Virus record (IMG/VR): IMGVR_UViG_2795385551_000010
Coordinates: 1-64,000 of that record
Strand: one strand, 5' to 3'
Length of the DNA stretch: 64,000 nt
Origin: a virus
Lineage: Duplodnaviria; Caudoviricetes
A program made the translations under genes and the position numbers. Positions 58,026 to 64,000 of this stretch are shown piece by piece. The notes below the pieces were generated by a model. That model made no database searches. It was not told where the DNA came from and saw only the letters and a list, made by a program, of their open reading frames with translations. The first letter of the stretch is position 1, and each line of letters starts with the position of its first letter.

Positions 58026-59120
58026 CTAGACTGCTTCTAGTAAAGAAAGCGAACGATCATAAAACTTGACGTTCGCGGAATTAACATCGAACCCGGCAGA
58101 AATAAGCGCCTCCCGGTTGGCGCGAACCGCAGCAATATCTACTGCTGGCGATCCCTGATACGGTGGAGGCGTAACATAACTCCGCCGAAAGTTCTGCATG
58201 GCATCCCGATACTTGCCATCCTCGCCCTTACCACCCTTACCGAACTTCTCCCACTGCTTAAGGAAATAGTTCGCACGCTCATCCATCTTGTCGGCTTCCC
58301 GAAAGACTGGCCTGAGCTGGCAGCGGCAATGATCATGGACCTTAACCAAACCATCACCAACGAACGGCCGGTGAGCAACCACCTTGCCATTCCGCCTGAT
58401 GTCACGGACCACGCTATTCGAGCGATCAAACGAATTCGCATTCAAATAGACGGCACCCTGTGACGCCAACACCGCACAGAAATAGCACGGATTATCATCC
58501 GTCATCCGCGCATAACCGATGGCCTTACGTTCCGCCCGCCGCTGAGTCAGATCAACAACAGACGCACCAGACGAATCCGCCTCATTCTCAGCCGCGACCG
58601 CACGGTCATACTCGGCTTCAACTTGCTGCTGGACCTCGCCCCGGCCACCATTCATCGCATGCTTCACGCCCACACCAGTTGTATTCGTGCGGGCCTGAGC
58701 CATCACATCGTCGGCAACTACCCCTTCTGGGGATGCATCGCCAACCTTTTGCTTAACCGCAATCGGCCCCGTAACACGCATCCCCAACTGAACCTGTTCA
58801 GTCGGAAACGCCGTCGTGACCTTTTCCAACTCCGGAGCATCCGGAGCCACCGACCACTTAGTCGCCTGCACGTACTCAAACGCCAAATCTTCCGACGCGC
58901 GGAACTGTTTCTCAATTTCCAGCGTGGTAGCGTGCAGCCAGACCGCCGTGGTCTGGTCTAGATTCCTGAAATTCAGGATCGGCCACAAAAGCAACAAACC
59001 TGCGGCCGTCTGCGCAGCAATATTCTGCTGATCCTGCATATGCCGCTGCGCATAAAACGCGGCCAAGTCAGAAAGCGGCTGAAATCGCTTCTGAGCCGCC
59101 CCCTGATCCTGTGTAGCCAC
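58026..59120 (-). CDS. MuF-like / capsid maturation protein
   Basis: YAR...PCYFCAVLAS...HDHCRC. Confidence 0.85.
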   Translation of the reverse strand: MATQDQGAAQKRFQPLSDLAAFYAQRHMQDQQNIAAQTAAGLLLLWPILNFRNLDQTTAVWLHATTLEIEKQFRASEDLAFEYVQATKWSVAPDAPELEKVTTAFPTEQVQLGMRVTGPIAVKQKVGDASPEGVVADDVMAQARTNTTGVGVKHAMNGGRGEVQQQVEAEYDRAVAAENEADSSGASVVDLTQRRAERKAIGYARMTDDNPCYFCAVLASQGAVYLNANSFDRSNSVVRDIRRNGKVVAHRPFVGDGLVKVHDHCRCQLRPVFREADKMDERANYFLKQWEKFGKGGKGEDGKYRDAMQNFRRSYVTPPPYQGSPAVDIAAVRANREALISAGFDVNSANVKFYDRSLSLLEAV

Positions 59121-59137
59121 TCATAACCCCCAAAGCT

Positions 59138-60601
59138 TTACGCCGCAGCACCGGCAGGCTGAGCCCCCGGAACCCCCTTAATCGACGGATCGGCAGCCGC
59201 GCCCTTAGCATTCGGATCAGTACCCCCGAAATAACGCAACATCATCGTCAAATCGTCGGTATCCATCGCGTGCTCACGCATCTGCTGCAACTTCGCCTCA
59301 TCAACGCCCGGCACAAACTCCCAAAGCTCCTCTTTCGGCATACCCAACATCTGCGCAGCCTTACCCCAAGCATCAACAGCCTGAGCAAGAGAACGAATAG
59401 AAGAATCAACCCAACGAACCGAAGCCGTAAAATCAGAAGCCGACTCGATATCGCCCTCAACCAACGCCGACAAACGCAACAACTGGTTATGCGACGCACC
59501 GAACGTCATCTTCCGCTCCGCTAGCTTCGCCTCCGTGTTAGCGCGCGCAGAAGCCAATGCCTCCGCAGACAAATTCGCCAACTTTCCCGTCAACACATCA
59601 GACGGCAACTGGGCAACAGCGGCCAACGTCTCAACATGCGCAGTCTTAGACGAAATAAACCCATCCAGCGGCGTCTCATCAAGCGTCCCGAACTTAGCTT
59701 GCTCACTCGTATGAGCCAGAATGTCGTCATTCTCAAGACGACGCTTAAACGCCTCGGCCTCCTCGTCGGTAGCCTCATTCATATCCGTAATACCAGTAGC
59801 GGTCTTAACCTTAAACGAGTTATAGTGCTGCGCATAAAGCAAATCAAGCTCGGTCTTATCGATACGAGTAGCGACCGGAATAAGAGGGCCGACCTCACCA
59901 CGGGTCTTACCGTCCAAATCCATCACATTCATGTACCGAACAACCGGACACACCCCTAGCCCATGCTCAAACACACGCGGAGGCGTCGGAAACTCATTAG
60001 GCGACGGCATATCCAGCTCGTAATAAAGCTGATCCGTCCAGAAACGCACCGTCTTACCGTCTGGCTGCAACGTCAACGCATACTTAGGCCAAGGATCATT
60101 AACCGTATCCTCATACAGCGCGAACAGCCTACGAGGCGAATAAGCGGTCAAAACAGCCTGATTTGAGCCGTCCAACGCTGTGCCCTTCTCAGCCATCGCG
60201 AACGCATACCCGTAAGTCAACGCAGAACGATGCAAACCGATCTGCCGATGCGGCATACCATTCGCCATCCACGTCTGCCACGGACCCTCGGCATTCTCCT
60301 TATCGCCTTCACGCCGATAACCCGACACATAAAGACACTGCGCGAACGTCGTAACCACCAAACGCAACCAAGGCGTCTTAGACAACCGGAACAAAGCCCG
60401 CTTCTCCGGAGACTTAGCCTGAATACGAGCATAATCCGGCTGATTACCATCCGCCCACGCATCAATAATCTGCAACCGGCCCCGCTCACCATCAAAGGCA
60501 GGCCAAACAACATCATGGATATACTTAGCAACATCGCCCCCGCCGATACTCGACGGCAAGGTCAAAGTACGAGACGGCAGCTCCATAAGATTAGAACTCA
60601 A
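59138..60601 (-). CDS. Portal protein
   Basis: WLRLVV...HGLGVCPVVRY...NLSAEAL. Confidence 0.93.
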   Translation of the reverse strand: MSSNLMELPSRTLTLPSSIGGGDVAKYIHDVVWPAFDGERGRLQIIDAWADGNQPDYARIQAKSPEKRALFRLSKTPWLRLVVTTFAQCLYVSGYRREGDKENAEGPWQTWMANGMPHRQIGLHRSALTYGYAFAMAEKGTALDGSNQAVLTAYSPRRLFALYEDTVNDPWPKYALTLQPDGKTVRFWTDQLYYELDMPSPNEFPTPPRVFEHGLGVCPVVRYMNVMDLDGKTRGEVGPLIPVATRIDKTELDLLYAQHYNSFKVKTATGITDMNEATDEEAEAFKRRLENDDILAHTSEQAKFGTLDETPLDGFISSKTAHVETLAAVAQLPSDVLTGKLANLSAEALASARANTEAKLAERKMTFGASHNQLLRLSALVEGDIESASDFTASVRWVDSSIRSLAQAVDAWGKAAQMLGMPKEELWEFVPGVDEAKLQQMREHAMDTDDLTMMLRYFGGTDPNAKGAAADPSIKGVPGAQPAGAAA

Positions 60602-61455
60602 AGCAACCTATGTTTCTTTGGAGCATTCAACGTTTCCTCAACGTCCTCCAACGTCAAAAGCCTATTCGCGTAACAGCACGCAACAATCCCCGTAATATCC
60701 GTAGACACGCTCTTACGGAGAAACCCCCACTGCTCAAGCTCCGGCTTACCAATCGGATACTTAGCCGCACCCGCTAAACAATCGAAAAGCGACTCATCGT
60801 CCAAATGAGTCAACTTCCTATCAACAATGTCCGTGTAGAACTGGCCCGTAGCCTGCGCAATGTCCTGCGTACCGAAATAGCGGACCTTCAACCCGATCTG
60901 CTCAAGCTCCGGACCAAACGCACCCGCGCTCGCACCGGCCTGGACCACCACAGCGGCCGGAGGCTTAGACGACGCCAACAACCGCTGCATCGTCGGAATC
61001 ACCCACGCCGTACCCGCGTTAGCAGCCACAACCTCGATATGCGACCTAGAGTCATTCCGCTTACCGGCGATAGCGATAGACGCCCACCCCTGATCAGGGG
61101 CCACGTCCACACAGGCCACCAGTAGCCCCACATCGACCACCGGGGCACGCTTGCCGCCGTCCGGGTCATCGACATCATCGAGCTTGCACGCTTCCCAAGC
61201 CTCGAAAGGAATCACCGAATTCATGCGCGGGTCATCCCACATGCCCAAGTGCTCGCGAGCGAACTGCTGGATGGACATCTTTACTTCAAAGTCTTCACGC
61301 AATGCGCTAACAGGAGCAATGCCCTTAACACCAAGCGACGGATTAGCGACCTTCCAATTCTCAAACTCAGCAGGATCACTACCCTCAGCGCACGACCATT
61401 CCGCGAAAAGGAACGGCGGAGTTTCCGTAGTCTCATCATCAATTACGGCAGTCAC
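60598..61455 (-). CDS. Terminase large subunit, nuclease half
   Basis: AEWS...W..ANPSLG...FAREHLGMW...VDVAPD; GTGA overlap. Confidence 0.88.
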   Translation of the reverse strand: MTAVIDDETTETPPFLFAEWSCAEGSDPAEFENWKVANPSLGVKGIAPVSALREDFEVKMSIQQFAREHLGMWDDPRMNSVIPFEAWEACKLDDVDDPDGGKRAPVVDVGLLVACVDVAPDQGWASIAIAGKRNDSRSHIEVVAANAGTAWVIPTMQRLLASSKPPAAVVVQAGASAGAFGPELEQIGLKVRYFGTQDIAQATGQFYTDIVDRKLTHLDDESLFDCLAGAAKYPIGKPELEQWGFLRKSVSTDITGIVACCYANRLLTLEDVEETLNAPKKHRLL

Positions 61456-62198
61456 GCCGCCCCCAAATTCGCGAGCGTCATCCCGTACTCGCGCATACGC
61501 TTCAACACGTCCGAATCGTCAGTACCGGCCGAAGTCGTCAACCAAGTCTGCGGATTCTTAGACGCCTGCTGTAGCGGCGACAGAGAACCCATCATGTCGT
61601 CATCGAGCGCGAAAGCCTCGTCAAGAATCATCAAATCGACGCGGGTACGACCACGCTTAGCGTTCTTACCGCGCGCTACATAGTGGATAAACCCGCCCGA
61701 AGTCTTATGGACAACCGAAAGCTCAGCCGCCCCGATCTTGTGAGGTAGCTTGCATTCGTCCTCTAGTTCCTCGTCGCCAGCGATAATCGCCGTCAACTCA
61801 CGGTGCGCGTCCTTAGCGGTATCGAACTCGTGCGCAGAGTGCATAATGCGCTCGCCCAGCAGATACAAACCCGCCAACTGGCGCGCGTAAACGCACACAT
61901 TTTTTCCATTTTGGCGAGGTGCGATCAAGCAACAGGTAGAAGAGGTCCATGACCAGGTGACACCGTTAGTGAGCTTGTCAATTTCCGAGTCGCCGGTAGA
62001 GTCGCCCTTTTGACCTAGCGATTCCCTAACGATTAGTTCTTGCCAAGGCAGCAGATCCAAGCCGAACTGGTTACACAAGTCGATAGCGTCATCGCCTAGA
62101 GTGGTGAAATACGCCGGGAAGTGCTCAATGCGTGGCCGCTGAGCGCCGATTAGTCCCTGATGGCGAGTATTCGTCTCCGGCTCCAACAAAGCCGTCAT
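61452..62198 (-). CDS. Terminase large subunit, ATPase half
   Basis: LLPWQ; PRQNGK; ILDEA; TTSAG. Confidence 0.9.
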   Translation of the reverse strand: MTALLEPETNTRHQGLIGAQRPRIEHFPAYFTTLGDDAIDLCNQFGLDLLPWQELIVRESLGQKGDSTGDSEIDKLTNGVTWSWTSSTCCLIAPRQNGKNVCVYARQLAGLYLLGERIMHSAHEFDTAKDAHRELTAIIAGDEELEDECKLPHKIGAAELSVVHKTSGGFIHYVARGKNAKRGRTRVDLMILDEAFALDDDMMGSLSPLQQASKNPQTWLTTSAGTDDSDVLKRMREYGMTLANLGAA

Positions 62199-62206
62199 AA
62201 TCCCCC

Positions 62207-62482
62207 CTACAAAATGAGGGACGCGCCCCCTAAACTCGGCAACCCGGCATCCGCCCGGTGTCTAAAGAACAGGTATTCGCCCTCATAGTCCGGATTCATT
62301 TCTTCCGCGACCTCGCGCGACCACTCGCGCGCCTCCCTGCGCCTACGAATACGCCGCGACAAATCGACATTCCGGCCACTGCTACGACGGTGCCCATTCA
62401 CCCGGCCGCGTTCGCACGCACATTTCCAGCCATAGAAACAAAACAAAGGCTCACGAACGTGACGCCCCAACATCCGGGCCAC
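62207..62482 (-). CDS. Hypothetical phage protein
   Basis: Fills the gap between terS and terL. Confidence 0.5.
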   Translation of the reverse strand: MARMLGRHVREPLFCFYGWKCACERGRVNGHRRSSGRNVDLSRRIRRRREAREWSREVAEEMNPDYEGEYLFFRHRADAGLPSLGGASLIL

Positions 62483-62857
62483 TTAGCCCGCCTTACTCGC
62501 CCGCTGACGAGCAGCACGCTTAGCCGCCAACTCATCGCGCGCAGACTTACCCGGCGCTTTCGGCTTAGGCAGCTCAGCCAAGCCCATCTTCGCCAACACC
62601 TGCGCCAACGCCCCGTACTGCATCCGATGCTCCGCGATAAGCGGGTTAATGGTCTCCGTCCCCTGGTGATTAATCACCGTCAACCGATCCCCGATACGCT
62701 CAACCAAATCGTCAAGCCGATCAGCGATACGGCACGCATTAAGCAACAGCGCCCGAGACGCCGCATTCATCGGCCGACCCGCAGCCACACCGGCCCACAG
62801 ATCCCGGCCCGACTCCCCCAACTCCATCGGAATCGGAACGTCCGGAGTAGTCATCAT
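62483..62857 (-). CDS. Terminase small subunit
   Basis: GRDLW...ACRIADRLD...INPLIAEHR...LAKMGL. Confidence 0.88.
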   Translation of the reverse strand: MMTTPDVPIPMELGESGRDLWAGVAAGRPMNAASRALLLNACRIADRLDDLVERIGDRLTVINHQGTETINPLIAEHRMQYGALAQVLAKMGLAELPKPKAPGKSARDELAAKRAARQRASKAG

Positions 62858-63317
62858 CGCCCCCCGTCAAAACAGACTGATAAACACGCTCAGCCCGGCC
62901 GAACACCGGCAACAGCGCATCATTAATCTCAACCTCATCAAGAATCACCACGTCGAAATAGCAGCCCCGCCCCGAGGACCGCACAGAGATAAACCGAATC
63001 GACCCACCCGACGCGAACTCAATCCGCCACTGGCCATTAGCCCGATAAGTCTTAGAGACCAGACCGAACCAAGGCAGTTCCAACAACGCGCTCTCAGATT
63101 CAAAGAACCAATGCCGAGCCATTCGCAAATCTGGGCAGAAATACGCGACCCGCTTACCCTTGGCAGCCGCCAGAATCGCGGTATCGCGCAACAGATGCGA
63201 CTTACCCGCCTGCCGGTCCCCCGACACCTGAATGAAATTCAACGAATCCCCCGATTCATCTCGATACCCCGCGACCTGCGGGTTTAAAAGTGCGACCAGC
63301 GGTTTTCCAGCACCCAT
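62739..63317 (-). CDS. Stand-alone terminase-like P-loop ATPase
   Basis: GDRQAGKS, IEFASGGSIRF, SGRG, VVILDE; 3' end overlaps terS. Confidence 0.7.
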   Translation of the reverse strand: MGAGKPLVALLNPQVAGYRDESGDSLNFIQVSGDRQAGKSHLLRDTAILAAAKGKRVAYFCPDLRMARHWFFESESALLELPWFGLVSKTYRANGQWRIEFASGGSIRFISVRSSGRGCYFDVVILDEVEINDALLPVFGRAERVYQSVLTGGDDDYSGRSDSDGVGGVGPGSVGRCGCGSADECGVSGAVA

Positions 63318-64000
63318 CTCGACGCCGCTCCGGCCCATTTCGTCGGGAGAGAGAGGGGTCGCTGGCCGTTCGAGGAGTGCGCTGCCGACGTTGCGGGGTA
63401 CCCCCCCACCCCTTTAACAGGTGTCGTGAGCTGCTATTTTGTAGCTAATTAGCTATTTGAGGCGTTAGCTGAGACCTTGTGTTTTGCCTATGCGGTTTTC
63501 GAGGGGTCAACGCTGTGGCCTGCGTGTATGCGTAGTGTTTGGGTGTTTGCAGGCAAACATGCTGGTCAAGGGCACGGTTACACATACATGGCTGTTAGCT
63601 GCGTGCATGTGTGGGCATTGTTAACTAGCTCTGGGTGTATGCGCAGTTCAACGCGCGTTTATGTGCTCACGCCGGCGGTTGCTGTGTGCATGTATGTGCA
63701 GGTCATGGGGCTAAGCGCTAAGGCGTACCTGTAGGGGTATGCGTGCGTAGGCATGGCTATATGGGCGTGTGCCTGTACAGCCCTCTACGTGCATGCGGGT
63801 ATGTGCACCCATGTGCAGGTGGGCTAGTGGCTTAGCGTGCGATCTAGAGCCCGATACGGGGCATGTATGCGGTATGCAGCGCGTACCTATGGGGGTGGGC
63901 TATACGTGTGCTCTGCCGTGCTTACCAGCCAATACACACGGGTTTAGCGTTAAGCGTTGCGCTTACGGGTACGTGCTGTGTACCGTCAGCGTCACCAACC

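Larger units (their letters stand above)
28677..64000 (-). mobile_element. Siphoviral prophage, continues beyond the window
   Basis: Terminase-portal-head-tail-lysis module on the - strand; cargo genes next to the att; integrase and repressor not in the window. Confidence 0.95.

Noticed and set aside
28720-64000. Missing integrase and repressor as evidence of a defective prophage
   Set aside because: Gene order implies they lie at the other end, outside the window

Overview
High-GC actinobacterial DNA, most likely Mycobacteroides abscessus/chelonae group (inferred from a PPE-PPW gene, the tRNA-Phe/Asp/Glu/Lys cluster and an ESX-toxin-carrying prophage). Nearly the whole window is accessory DNA around one tRNA cluster. 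(1) 1-1485: His/Asp-rich PPE gene. (2) ~1480-6100: candidate polymorphic membrane-toxin locus (secreted protein with a degenerate PLA2-like domain, 789-aa multi-TM/Gln-rich protein, two small low-GC genes, a decayed paralog fragment). (3) ~6570-7700: remnants of an older integrative element (rep and HEPN-like pseudogenes). (4) 8540-18118: two convergent, translationally coupled operons of 15 genes, mostly small membrane proteins; 11 fall into three paralog families (candidate poly-immunity or receptor array). (5) 18511-28291: apparently intact ~9.8 kb AICE in the 3' end of tRNA-Phe (46-bp repeats; HUH Rep, FtsK/TraB, Xis, Int) with candidate defence cargo (HEPN-RHH; soluble + TM + coiled-coil trio; PD-(D/E)XK nuclease). 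(6) 28677 to beyond 64000: siphoviral prophage whose junction leaves only the 5' half of tRNA-Lys(UUU). It carries Lsr2, a nucleotidyltransferase, a WXG100/effector/lipoprotein cassette, lysis, tail and head genes, a terminase split into two genes and an extra terminase-like ATPase. All family assignments come from motif recognition by eye; no database searches were run.
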